DNA from: Methanomethylovorans sp.
Lineage (GTDB): Archaea; Halobacteriota; Methanosarcinia; Methanosarcinales; Methanosarcinaceae
Strand: one strand, 5' to 3'
Assembly (NCBI RefSeq): GCF_036802725.1
Contig: NZ_DAIRVT010000002.1
Length of the DNA: 64,000 nucleotides
Made by a program: the position numbers and the translations under genes. A model generated the notes under the pieces. That model was not told the origin of the DNA. It worked only from the letters and a program-made list of their open reading frames with translations, and searched no databases. This document shows, piece by piece, positions 18,504 through 28,096 of the stretch. Every line of letters starts with the position of its first letter. Position 1 is the first letter of the stretch.

Positions 18504-20405
18504 ATGTCAAAGCCCCTTTATCTTGGTGAAATGCTGCTGCATTGGTGCAGGAATTGTAACGTACCTGTACTGGGAAAGGAATGTGCATGTGGCAGTAGTG
18601 CAGAATCAGTGACTGTAACACCTCCTGGTGACATACGTCCGGCATTCGAATACGATATAGAACTTATAAATTCGGTTTCCATGCTGCAGTTCAATGCTCC
18701 TCTTATAGCTGATGAGAGGGTGGTGGTGCTGAACAAGGCTCCTTATGATGACCGCATGGACGAGATCATCGTTGATGGAGAGGTGTTAGGAAGCATCAGA
18801 TTTGAGCTTGATACTCTTAAATGGGTACTTCTCTTGCGTGTGGAAGGCGCAAGGCGTCTTTTTCAAACCAATACCCTGTCTGCTCTGAAGGGCTGGGTTG
18901 TTCTGGAGCAGGGTGCAGTAACGTTCATACTGGGTGGTGCCAACCTGCTGGCTCCGGGAGTTCTGGATGCAGATCCCGGTATTCAGGAGAAGGATGAAGT
19001 GGTAATTCTTGATCCCAATGGCCAGGTAGTAGCTACCGGCAGGGCTCGTATGAGCGGTGAACAAATGAGAGAGCGCCCCAAGGGAGTGGCAGTAAAGGTA
19101 AGGGACAAGGAAGAGCCATGTAAGGTGGTTGTACCACAGGGTGGACAAACCTGGAAAGAAGTCCTCGATTCCAATAAGCATTTCATGGATGAGTTCATAG
19201 GACGTTCTCATAAGTTTATCAATAATGTTGCTTCAAGCATGACAAAACAAGTGACCGTTTCATATTCCGGCGGTAAGGACAGCCTTGTTGTGCTGCAGCT
19301 TGTAAGCGAGTGTCTTGAAGATTTTGATATCCTTTTCGCTGATACTGGTATCGAATTCCCGGAAACGGTAAGTAATACACAGGAAGTTTCCCAGTTATAC
19401 GGCAAACCTCTCAGGTCCATCAGTTCAGGCAACGCTTTCTGGGAATCAGTTGATAGTTTTGGTCCACCCAGTGTGGAAATGCGCTGGTGCTGTAAGGTCT
19501 GCAAATTGGGTCCCATCACTCAGCTTATCGAAGGAAACTATGAAGAGGGCTGCCTGACATTCATCGGACAGCGCAAGTATGAATCAGACACCAGGGCAAA
19601 AAGTGAGAGGGTATGGAAGAATCCCTGGGTGGGGAACCAGATAGGTGCTGCTCCAATACAGGACTGGACAGCTATGCACGTCTGGCTGTATATTTTCATG
19701 CATGGTCTTCCTTATAATCCTCTCTACAAAAAAGGGTTTGATAGGATAGGATGCTGGCTTTGTCCTTCCTGTTCTGTTGCTGATCTGCACAGGCTCAGGG
19801 CAACACATCCGGAGTTTGCTTCAAAGCTGGAAAATTACCTCTTGGGCTATGCACAAAGGTCCGGACTTTCTCCGGAGTGGGTTGAACATGGGATGTGGAG
19901 ATGGAAAAAATTGCCACCAAGACTTCAGGAGATCGCAAAAGCCAAGGGTATTCTCACGACCCCTAAGGTTGAGATCAATGGTAAATTTGAGTTCACGGTA
20001 ACATCCGGCTATCGTCCCTGCAAGCAGGGTGGTGTGTCAGCAGAAGGTAGTTTTGCTACACCTCTTGATATGGAAACAATAGAGTCTTCAGGGATGCTTG
20101 AAGCTGTAGGCAAAGTGGCTTTCATGGAAGGGGTTTCTTCTATATTCCAGGGTGAGGACAGTGCCCAGATCTTTGCTGCCGGGACAGTAACAGCCCGTAG
20201 TGATAATGAAAAGCATGTTCTCCAACTGATAAGGTCAGTGGAGCTATCCATAAAGAGAGCTCTTCGTTGCAGTGGATGTGGTGTATGTGTGGGCAAGTGT
20301 CCGCATGATGTAATTAAGATGAAAAAGAATATTGCTGTAATTGGTGAGGGTTGTATACACTGTGGGAAGTGTATAGAAGTTTGTCCGGTAGTGAAATTTG
20401 GGTAA
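18504..20405 (+). CDS. Zn-ribbon + PUA + PP-loop (PAPS-reductase-like) + 2x[4Fe-4S] ferredoxin fusion protein
   Basis: CRNCNVPVLGKECACG, then a PUA-like segment (ILGGANLLAPGV...VVILDPNGQVVATGRA), then the PP-loop VSYSGGKDS. The C-terminus has CSGCGVCVGKCP and CIHCGKCIEVCP. Confidence 0.75.
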   Translation: MSKPLYLGEMLLHWCRNCNVPVLGKECACGSSAESVTVTPPGDIRPAFEYDIELINSVSMLQFNAPLIADERVVVLNKAPYDDRMDEIIVDGEVLGSIRFELDTLKWVLLLRVEGARRLFQTNTLSALKGWVVLEQGAVTFILGGANLLAPGVLDADPGIQEKDEVVILDPNGQVVATGRARMSGEQMRERPKGVAVKVRDKEEPCKVVVPQGGQTWKEVLDSNKHFMDEFIGRSHKFINNVASSMTKQVTVSYSGGKDSLVVLQLVSECLEDFDILFADTGIEFPETVSNTQEVSQLYGKPLRSISSGNAFWESVDSFGPPSVEMRWCCKVCKLGPITQLIEGNYEEGCLTFIGQRKYESDTRAKSERVWKNPWVGNQIGAAPIQDWTAMHVWLYIFMHGLPYNPLYKKGFDRIGCWLCPSCSVADLHRLRATHPEFASKLENYLLGYAQRSGLSPEWVEHGMWRWKKLPPRLQEIAKAKGILTTPKVEINGKFEFTVTSGYRPCKQGGVSAEGSFATPLDMETIESSGMLEAVGKVAFMEGVSSIFQGEDSAQIFAAGTVTARSDNEKHVLQLIRSVELSIKRALRCSGCGVCVGKCPHDVIKMKKNIAVIGEGCIHCGKCIEVCPVVKFG

Positions 20406-20418
20406 ATTCAATTATGCG

Positions 20419-20433
20419 TTTTTCAACTTTTTT
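20419..20433 (+). terminator. oligo-T tracts after the PP-loop gene
   Basis: T5 (20419-20423) and T6 (20428-20433), 14-28 nt after the stop. This is archaeal-style intrinsic termination. Confidence 0.35.
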
Positions 20434-20484
20434 CCAACCAGAACATTTATACATGATATACGCTAACCTTTGATGGTGATTTTT

Positions 20485-22101
20485 TTGGTAAAAAGGGCAC
20501 TGCTAAGCGTTTCTGACAAGGCCGGAATTGTAGAATTTGCGCGAGGGCTTGCAGCCCTTGGTGTGGAATTGCTATCCACCGGTGGGACGGCACGGATCCT
20601 ACGAGATTCGGGAATCGAAGTGAAGGATGTTTCAGAAGTAACAGGTTTTCCTGAAATGATGGATGGCAGGGTCAAAACATTGCATCCCAAGATACATGGT
20701 GCCATATTGTGTGACAGGCATAATCCGGATCATATGGAGCAGGCATATAATGCAGGCATCGAGCTTATTGATCTGGTTGCCGTAAATCTCTATCCTTTTG
20801 AGGTCACAGTGACAAAAGAAGGTGTTTTATTGGAGGAGGCCATCGAGAACATCGACATCGGTGGTCCGACTCTTTTGCGCGCAGCGGCCAAAAACTTTCA
20901 TTCCGTAACGGTTGTATCTGATCCCGTGGATTATGGGCATGTGCTCAAAGAGATCAGATCAACAGGTGTAGTTGCCGAGAGAACTCGCAAACAACTTGCC
21001 GTAAAAGCTTTCAGACACACGGCATGCTATGATGCAATGATAGATACATACCTGAGCAGGGAAATAGCTTCAGAAGAGGTTATACATCTGAACTTTGTCG
21101 GTGGTATGGGCCTGCGTTATGGTGAGAACTGGCATCAAAAAGCTAAGTTCTTCAAAGAGCCCGGAGTAAAAGGTCCATCCCTTGCAAATGCACGACAGTT
21201 ACATGGAAAAGAGCTATCGTATAATAATTACGTAGATGCTGATAACGCATTGCTGACCATAAAAGACCTTCATGCTGAAAAACCTGCAGTTGTTATTGTA
21301 AAACACAATAATCCATGTGGGTTAGCCACTGGAGACACTCTTCTGCAGGCTCTGAGCGCTGCATGGGATGGCGATCCCATCTCAGCATATGGAAGTATCG
21401 TTTGCAGTAACAAAGCATTTGATCTGCAGTCAGCAGAATTCCTGGAAGGCAAGTTTATAGAGATTATCCTGGCCCCAGGTTTTGACCATGATGCACTTGA
21501 GTACCTTAAGAAAAAGAGCTCTAATCTGCGGTTACTTGAACTGCCGCAGTTAAATGATGTTTTTGATTTTGATCATACGTACAAGTATGTGGTAGGTGGC
21601 TTGTTAAAACAATCCAGGGACATGGGTTTGTATGAAAAGTGGGACTGTGTGACCGAAACGAAGTTCCCTGAGTCGATGCGACCGGTTTCCGAGTTCTGCA
21701 TAAGCGCCTGCAAGAGCACAAAATCCAATTCTATTACCCTTGCTTATGAGTACCAGAAAGGTTGTTATATGATGCTTGCTATGGGCGCAGGTCAACCCAA
21801 CAGAGTAGACTCTATCAGAAAACTGGCTGCTACTAAAGCCAGAGAGAACCTAAGGGTAATATACGAAAAGGAAAGTCCGAACGAGGATTTCGATGAATAT
21901 TGTAAGAAAGTGCTTTCAAAATGTGTAATGGCTTCAGATGCTTTTTTCCCCTTCGATGACAGCATAGTTCATGCGGCTGAGAACGGAATCATGTATATAG
22001 TGTCCCCAGGTGGTTCCATTAGAGATAAGGAGGTCATAAGCACTGCAAACAAGCTAGGAGTATCTCTTGTATTTACTGGAATGCGCCACTTCTTGCATTG
22101 A
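20485..22101 (+). CDS. purH: bifunctional AICAR formyltransferase / IMP cyclohydrolase
   Basis: MGS-like IMPCH domain (KRALLSVSDKAGIVEFA...STGGTA) plus an AICARFT domain. TTG 20485 gives the canonical MVKRALLSVSDK N-terminus. A TATA-like ATTTATAC at 20445-20452 would place the TSS after the alternative ATG at 20473. Confidence 0.85.
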   Translation: MVKRALLSVSDKAGIVEFARGLAALGVELLSTGGTARILRDSGIEVKDVSEVTGFPEMMDGRVKTLHPKIHGAILCDRHNPDHMEQAYNAGIELIDLVAVNLYPFEVTVTKEGVLLEEAIENIDIGGPTLLRAAAKNFHSVTVVSDPVDYGHVLKEIRSTGVVAERTRKQLAVKAFRHTACYDAMIDTYLSREIASEEVIHLNFVGGMGLRYGENWHQKAKFFKEPGVKGPSLANARQLHGKELSYNNYVDADNALLTIKDLHAEKPAVVIVKHNNPCGLATGDTLLQALSAAWDGDPISAYGSIVCSNKAFDLQSAEFLEGKFIEIILAPGFDHDALEYLKKKSSNLRLLELPQLNDVFDFDHTYKYVVGGLLKQSRDMGLYEKWDCVTETKFPESMRPVSEFCISACKSTKSNSITLAYEYQKGCYMMLAMGAGQPNRVDSIRKLAATKARENLRVIYEKESPNEDFDEYCKKVLSKCVMASDAFFPFDDSIVHAAENGIMYIVSPGGSIRDKEVISTANKLGVSLVFTGMRHFLH

Positions 22102-22266
22102 TTTACTCCTTTTATTTTTCTATCTAATACTGCACCACATATCTTAATATTTTAGGATGATATGTTTATAACTAATATTGATTATTGAATATACGAGTAG
22201 TATTCGGTTGTTGAATGCAGTGCGTGTTTCAAATTTATATCTCTGGGTAAATTACTAGTGATTACT

Positions 22267-23049
22267 ATGAAATCTAAAGGTTTGTTGAGTTTGCTTACTT
22301 TCTCGGAAAAAAGAAGAGATCTACTCCTATTTCTTCTGGAGCAACCCTCTACTCTTTCTAACATACGTAAAAAGTTCGATGTATCTTCTCCGGAGATCGC
22401 ACCAAGGATAAGGGAGATGGAATCTGCTAACCTCATGTACAAAGACCCTTTCACCAAGATGTATACACTTACAACTACAGGAAGGATCATTGCCAAGTCT
22501 TTCAAACCTTTTGTTGATATGGTGGGCCTTATCGAGAAAAATGAGGACTTTTGGAACGATCATGACCTATCCGGCATACCTGAGTATTTACTTGATAGGT
22601 TAGCTGATCTTAAAGACTGCGTTTTTTATGTGGACAAGCTTGAGAACATTTATGATTCTCATAAAACATTTACCGAGAATATAGCGCATTCAAGTGTGAT
22701 TAAAGGTGTTTCTCCTATTTTCTTTCCTTCTTATCCAGATTTTTTCGCACAGCTTGCACTAAAAGATGTTCCCACCTCTCTTATTCTCACAAAGAGTATC
22801 TTTGATAAGGTCAAAAATGAACATGATGAGAAAATGAGGGCATATTGTGCTGCCAAATACACTGAACTCTATCTTCTTGATAGTTCCAAGGTCGCTTTTG
22901 TGGTGACAGATCTTTTCTTTTCCCTGTCTCTGTTCTTTAAATCAGGCAATTACGATCCTCGTACCGATCTCATTTGCTTTGATGAAAAAGGTATTCAATG
23001 GGGAAACGATCTATTTGACTACTACCTGTCACAAGCAAGAAAAATATGA
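22267..23049 (+). CDS. HTH transcriptional regulator with DUF1724-like C-terminal domain
   Basis: ATG 22267 gives MKSKGLLSLLTFSEKRRDLLLFLLEQPSTLSNI. This is the pattern of the methanogen ArsR-like/DUF1724 regulators. Confidence 0.65.
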   Translation: MKSKGLLSLLTFSEKRRDLLLFLLEQPSTLSNIRKKFDVSSPEIAPRIREMESANLMYKDPFTKMYTLTTTGRIIAKSFKPFVDMVGLIEKNEDFWNDHDLSGIPEYLLDRLADLKDCVFYVDKLENIYDSHKTFTENIAHSSVIKGVSPIFFPSYPDFFAQLALKDVPTSLILTKSIFDKVKNEHDEKMRAYCAAKYTELYLLDSSKVAFVVTDLFFSLSLFFKSGNYDPRTDLICFDEKGIQWGNDLFDYYLSQARKI

Positions 23050-23058
23050 AGTATGTCC

Positions 23059-23985
23059 TCATGCCATATTTCCAATTACTGATCTTAGGCACACGATAGA
23101 CCCTGCTTCACCATCAACGAGAAAAAGTCTTTCAATTTTTCCCCTTATATCTTCTTTTTCCCGGTTATGCGTGAGTCGGAGTATATACAATAACCCTATA
23201 AAGAAACTATACATCACAATTACGGGCTCGAATGCAAGCAAGCTCATTATTATGGCGGATGCTAGCAGTGAATGAGATATGATGTGTAATCCTAGTAATA
23301 ATATGCGGGTATTCTTTTCTCCAAAGCTTACAGGAAGGGTTTTGATGCCTGCCATCAAGTCTCCTTTTACGTCCTTAAAGTCGTAGATAGCTGAATTAAT
23401 GAAGAGTTTAGATCCATAATAAAAGAATACCACGAGCACAGGCAGAAGACTAACGATCCCGGTTCCGGCTATGCCTGCAATGAAAGTGCCCCATGTCAGC
23501 CCAACTACAAGATTCTTGATCCCTAGGCCGCCTTTTAGTTTAAGGTTCAGTTTTCCAAAATTCAATCCTTTACTGTACAGGTATCCAGTTACAAGCGGCA
23601 TCAAAGCCAAAAGAAGTAAACCACTGGTGCTCAGGGCGTAACAACCAGATACAAATGTAGCCAGAGAAGCAAACAATGCCAGCTTTTTGTTGGCCCCTTT
23701 TAGTTCGGATCTGTTTATACTGTCTTCAGTTGATTCAAGTGCACGATCTAGAGTATATACGGCGTACACAATAAGCCCTCCTGCCACGCAGTTCAATACG
23801 CTTATCTGTGCCAAGAGCAGGAGAGATGCTATATATATGCGTAAAGATCCTGATATTGCTACCAATAAAGAGCTTTTCAGCAGGTTTATTGTTGGCAAAA
23901 GATTTTTGCAGTATTCTTTATATGTATCTTGAATTATCTTTCGGGTATAATTGTATTGTAGACTGTTACTTGCGCTCATACACAA
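23059..23985 (-). CDS. UbiA-family prenyltransferase
   Basis: 308 aa with about 8-9 TMs. Asp-rich loop YDFKDVKGD. Confidence 0.75.
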   Translation of the reverse strand: MCMSASNSLQYNYTRKIIQDTYKEYCKNLLPTINLLKSSLLVAISGSLRIYIASLLLLAQISVLNCVAGGLIVYAVYTLDRALESTEDSINRSELKGANKKLALFASLATFVSGCYALSTSGLLLLALMPLVTGYLYSKGLNFGKLNLKLKGGLGIKNLVVGLTWGTFIAGIAGTGIVSLLPVLVVFFYYGSKLFINSAIYDFKDVKGDLMAGIKTLPVSFGEKNTRILLLGLHIISHSLLASAIIMSLLAFEPVIVMYSFFIGLLYILRLTHNREKEDIRGKIERLFLVDGEAGSIVCLRSVIGNMA

Positions 23986-24329
23986 GTAAGTTTGACTACC
24001 TTAGCATTATTAGTAACTCAGTATACTTTTATACGAGTAATTTACTTTGTAATTCCAAGTAATTTTCAACAGCCGATATTGATTATTATTTATTGTTATA
24101 ATTATATTGTAACTACATAAATTGTACGCGTTGACTAATTTTGTCCTATTTTTTATTCTCCTCTGATCCGTATATTATTCCTTGTTGCCTAAATATGCCT
24201 CTATACTTTGATCTGTTACTTGTGATAATATTGATCATAAAACAAGTTTACCTTCTTTCATCAAGTCCTTCACTCTGGATTACTCTAAAGACAGAGTATT
24301 TAATACACATCAGTGACGTTTACTTTTGC

Positions 24330-25871
24330 ATGACACTACCTAAAAAACCTTTAGTGCTTATGATCCTTGATGGATGGGGGTACGATCCCAATCCTAACGG
24401 TAATGCTGTGCAGGCTGCCAAGACACCAGTTCTTGACTCCCTTCTGGAGAAATACCCTTCCACTTTTCTGGAGGCTTCAGGGGAAAGCGTTGGTCTTCCT
24501 GCAGGCCAGATGGGCAATTCTGAGGTAGGACATCTTAACATTGGTGCAGGAAGAATTGTGTATCAGGATCTGACGCGTATTAACAGATCTATTGAAAGTG
24601 GTGAGATATATAGTAATCCAATACTTCTTGAGGCAACACGGAATGTAAAGAAACATGGCTCAAACCTACATTTTATGGGTCTTTTCTCATATGGGGGAGT
24701 GCATAGTCACCTGAAACATCTGAACAGTTTGATAGAGCTTGCTGGAGATCAGGGCCTTCCAAAGGTCTATGTCCATGCTTTTCTTGATGGCAGGGATGTG
24801 CCTCCCAGGCAAGCACTTTACGATATGGAAGAGTTCCAGCAAATGTATTCCAAAAAAGGAAATGCTATCATTGCTACTGTTTCAGGGCGATACTATGCCA
24901 TGGACAGGGATAAGCGCTGGGATAGGATAAAACTTGCTTATGATGCATTGGTCCTAGGCAAAGGCTTGAAGTCTGAAGATCCTGTTTCTGCCATCCAGGA
25001 GGCATATGGCAGAGGTGAAAATGACGAGTTTGTCAAACCTACGGTCATCACTGACAAAGAGGGTCAGCCTCTTACAACTATCAAGGACAATGATTCAGTG
25101 ATATTTTTCAATTTCAGGCCGGACAGGGCGCGTCAGCTGACCTACTCTTTTGTAAATGAATGTTTTGAGGGTTTTGAAAGAAAAGTTTCCCCCCATGTCC
25201 ATTATGTATGCATGTCCGAATATGATGAAAAATTGAATGTGCCACTTGTCTTTCCAACAGAATGCATTGAGAATACGCTGGGACAGGTGCTTAGTGATCA
25301 TGGTCTCAAGCAGTTAAGGATAGCTGAGACTGAAAAATATGCACATGTTACTTTCTTCATGAACGGAGGTGCAGAGGAGCAGAATTCCGGGGAGGAAAGG
25401 TTATTGATCCCTTCTCCTAAAGTTGCCACTTATGACCTCAAACCACAAATGAGTGCTTTTGAGGTTACTGATGCACTTGTGGAACAGATAAGGTCAGAGT
25501 CATACGATGTCATAATAGTGAACTATGCAAATATGGATATGGTGGGTCATACAGGTTTCTTTGATGCTGCCGTAGAGGCAGTACAAACCGTTGATACCTG
25601 TGTGGGCAGAGTAGTGGCTGCTGTATTGGGATCAGGAGGTTCTGCTATTATTACTGCTGACCATGGCAACGCTGAGAAAATGATAGATGCAGTTTCAGGT
25701 TCTACGCATACGGCTCATACCTCTAATCCTGTACGTTGTATCTATGTTTGCAACGAACCTGGTTTACAGCTTTGTAAAGGAAAGTTATCTGACATTGCAC
25801 CTACGATGCTTGAGATCCTGGGTATCCAGCAACCAATGGAAATGACAGGCAGGTCACTTCTTAAAAAGTGA
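24330..25871 (+). CDS. gpmI: 2,3-bisphosphoglycerate-independent phosphoglycerate mutase
   Basis: Start moved to ATG 24330 ([18 protein letters not shown]). [14 protein letters not shown] contains the catalytic Ser. The 63 upstream codons in the track are AT-rich promoter sequence. Confidence 0.9.
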   Translation: MTLPKKPLVLMILDGWGYDPNPNGNAVQAAKTPVLDSLLEKYPSTFLEASGESVGLPAGQMGNSEVGHLNIGAGRIVYQDLTRINRSIESGEIYSNPILLEATRNVKKHGSNLHFMGLFSYGGVHSHLKHLNSLIELAGDQGLPKVYVHAFLDGRDVPPRQALYDMEEFQQMYSKKGNAIIATVSGRYYAMDRDKRWDRIKLAYDALVLGKGLKSEDPVSAIQEAYGRGENDEFVKPTVITDKEGQPLTTIKDNDSVIFFNFRPDRARQLTYSFVNECFEGFERKVSPHVHYVCMSEYDEKLNVPLVFPTECIENTLGQVLSDHGLKQLRIAETEKYAHVTFFMNGGAEEQNSGEERLLIPSPKVATYDLKPQMSAFEVTDALVEQIRSESYDVIIVNYANMDMVGHTGFFDAAVEAVQTVDTCVGRVVAAVLGSGGSAIITADHGNAEKMIDAVSGSTHTAHTSNPVRCIYVCNEPGLQLCKGKLSDIAPTMLEILGIQQPMEMTGRSLLKK

Positions 25872-25872
25872 T

Positions 25873-26889
25873 CTAGAACCATTGGTCCAGGGTTCTCTGT
25901 CCTGGCCCGCTGATCGTTTCCAGTCTTTCACAGGCTTTAATGACCCTGTCTTTTGAAAAGTCATGCTCTCCGCAAAGGAATGTAATAATTGCATCGGTGT
26001 CGGGTTTTTTCCATTTGAGGGTGTAGTTGTCGGTTACAGAAGGGTTTAAAAAAATATTTTTTATCTCCTGCACATTCTCTATTTTTTTCCCTACAGCAAG
26101 CAACACTTTTTCTATATTGTCGTGCTCTTTTATAAGCTTCAGTGCTTTTTTTGGGCCTATCTTTTCAAGGCCTGGGTTGTAATCTGTACCCACGCATATT
26201 GCAATATCTATAAGTTGTGAGCGATTGATCCCAAGTTCTGCCAAGCTTTCCTCGATTTTAATTATCTCTGGTTTAACTTCCACAAAAATATGCTTCTTCG
26301 GCAGTTTGCGCTTACCTGTAATTGTAAGGTTCCTTACAACCTGGGGTGCTCCGAACAGTATAGAATCGTAATCCTGTGAAGCAATATAGTTCGCATCTCC
26401 TCTTTTCACCAGGTGGGCAGCTTGTGCCTCTCCTTCCGAAGGGGCATCAACCCAGGGAATGCCCATGGCCAGGAGTAACCGCCTGGAATCATCTGCTATC
26501 TCCTGGGTGACCCTTGAGGACGCCTGCGCATACATATATGCTTCTTCTGCCAGTCCCTTTTCCTTTGCTTCTTCCCATTTTATCGTTGCGTTCTCTCTGT
26601 CAGCCATTCGCTTCTCTATGGTCCGATCTTTGAGATATGATGGTTTTCCATCAAAAACAAATACTGGTTTGATTCCTTCTTCCATAAGGCTGGTCATACG
26701 GTATAGGATACCTGAAAGGTGAGAGGTTGTGTTTCCTCTGGAGTCCTTAAGCGGCGTACCATCTCTTTGCCTTATTATGCTAAGGAATTGATAAAGCGTG
26801 TTGTATGCATCTATAGCTACAACTTTATGGGACAATTCGGATATTTCGATTTGCTGTTTTTTCAGGAGTTCTCCAATATCTGTTCCCAT
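25873..26889 (-). CDS. fen: flap endonuclease 1
   Basis: MGTDIGELL..., [21 protein letters not shown], and the C-terminal PIP-like QRTLDQWF. Confidence 0.9.
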   Translation of the reverse strand: MGTDIGELLKKQQIEISELSHKVVAIDAYNTLYQFLSIIRQRDGTPLKDSRGNTTSHLSGILYRMTSLMEEGIKPVFVFDGKPSYLKDRTIEKRMADRENATIKWEEAKEKGLAEEAYMYAQASSRVTQEIADDSRRLLLAMGIPWVDAPSEGEAQAAHLVKRGDANYIASQDYDSILFGAPQVVRNLTITGKRKLPKKHIFVEVKPEIIKIEESLAELGINRSQLIDIAICVGTDYNPGLEKIGPKKALKLIKEHDNIEKVLLAVGKKIENVQEIKNIFLNPSVTDNYTLKWKKPDTDAIITFLCGEHDFSKDRVIKACERLETISGPGQRTLDQWF

Positions 26890-26904
26890 AAAACAGGATA
26901 GTTG

Positions 26905-27216
26905 TCAGATATTCTTAGTTGTTTCGCTAGTATCCAGTCGCACATCTATGACCGAATCATCAGATGCATCGATCTTTCCTATCTTTAGTATATTTCCGAC
27001 CCTTTCGACAAGGTCTGCTTTTGTTATCTGAACTTGATGTCCATCCCCATCAGAACTTCTGTTCTTATGTACGATAAGTAACTTCTGTCCACTGATTTCA
27101 TTGCCTATTTTTGATATGACATTCTTGACAACTTGCTCGAAATCAGAATATATCATTATTTCGGAGTATTTTCCAGCTTTTTTGATAATACCAATCGGTT
27201 CCAGATGAATGCGCAT
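26905..27216 (-). CDS. small hypothetical protein, possibly a TsaA/TrmO-like beta-barrel remnant
   Basis: 103 aa. The N-terminal LEPIGIIKK and C-terminal LKIGKIDASDDSVIDVRL loosely recall the TsaA-like fold. This is a weak, memory-based match. Confidence 0.35.
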   Translation of the reverse strand: MRIHLEPIGIIKKAGKYSEIMIYSDFEQVVKNVISKIGNEISGQKLLIVHKNRSSDGDGHQVQITKADLVERVGNILKIGKIDASDDSVIDVRLDTSETTKNI

Positions 27217-27338
27217 ATACGCACCTCTTTGCAGAATAAGACTTTAAATCACTCATCATACGTAAGCACCTGTTTATATCATTTTCGCATTGTTCGGGAA
27301 ATAAATGGTATTCTACAGGAACAATATTACACCAAGCT

Positions 27339-27665
27339 TCATCTGTACCTTTTGCTATTAAGGGTTTCCAGAGCTTCGTCTACCCTGCCGATCACTTCGT
27401 CCATTTTTCTATCCATGTTGCTCTCTATGCTCTGGACATTGATCCTCAGGGACCTTTCCTTCACATCGATCATACTTTCCATTTTGCGCATGCGTATGTC
27501 AACCGAGAGGATCATAGCTGCCAGAGCGCCTACCATAACTATTGCTGCGAGTATTATAAGGGAATTCGCAGGGTCATATTTAAACCTTCCAAGCCATTCG
27601 TACGTAAGTACAAAAGATGATACAACCATCACTATGGAAAAAACAATATCTCTTGTTTCCATCAT
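27339..27665 (-). CDS. hypothetical membrane protein (2 TM + coiled-coil tail)
   Basis: 108 aa. TMs at IVFSIVMVVSSFVLTY and LIILAAIVMVGALAAMILSV, followed by a charged helical tail. Confidence 0.45.
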   Translation of the reverse strand: MMETRDIVFSIVMVVSSFVLTYEWLGRFKYDPANSLIILAAIVMVGALAAMILSVDIRMRKMESMIDVKERSLRINVQSIESNMDRKMDEVIGRVDEALETLNSKRYR

Positions 27666-27913
27666 CGACCCTCATAAAATAGAATTTTGATTGCTTTTTT
27701 ATATACTTTTCTTTAAAGAATATAAACCAATAGATTGACTTTGTAGAAAAGCCTTTTCAATCATGTTCAGGCTATAACTTACGTTCTTTTTGTTCATGAT
27801 CTTTCTGTGTCTTTTTTAAGTATTGTCTCTATTTGTATATCTATTTTTTATATATTGTGCATTATTAAATATAAATATATACTATAAACGCTTATGTTAA
27901 TACGGTGGTATCG

Positions 27914-28015
27914 ATGGACAACTTTGTTTCAACAAAGTACGCAATAGTGGTACTGGTATATCTCCTAATGCTGCTAGCAGCCGGCCTCATGGCTGGTCTT
28001 ATTGTTGTAGAGTGA
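27914..28015 (+). CDS. possible 33-aa single-TM micropeptide (not in ORF track)
   Basis: ATG 27914, TGA 28013-28015, translation MDNFVSTKYAIVVLVYLLMLLAAGLMAGLIVVE. Followed by a T6 tract (28025-28030). No clear SD. Confidence 0.25.
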   Translation: MDNFVSTKYAIVVLVYLLMLLAAGLMAGLIVVE

Positions 28016-28058
28016 TACATGCCTGTTTTTTGACATGTTTGCATGGAATGTTATTTAA

Positions 28059-28092
28059 GTACCCCTTTATAATTTATCATATAAGGGGGTAC
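28059..28092 (+). promoter_or_regulatory. 13-bp stem / 8-nt loop hairpin whose 3' arm contains the SD of the downstream TTG-start ORF
   Basis: GTACCCCTTTATA (28059-28071) pairs with TATAAGGGGGTAC (28080-28092), with one G-U pair. AAGGGGGT is the only SD-like motif and lies 6-7 nt before the TTG at 28097. Confidence 0.4.
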
Positions 28093-28096
28093 CCAC

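Noticed and set aside
22182-22563. 107-aa and 78-aa minus-strand ORFs
   Set aside because: They overlap the promoter and 5' part of the DUF1724-type regulator gene on the opposite strand, with no motifs.
24141-24329. 63-codon N-terminal extension of gpmI given by the ORF track
   Set aside because: The extension is AT-rich, hydrophobic nonsense lying in the divergent promoter region. The conserved iPGM N-terminus ([13 protein letters not shown]) begins right after ATG 24330.
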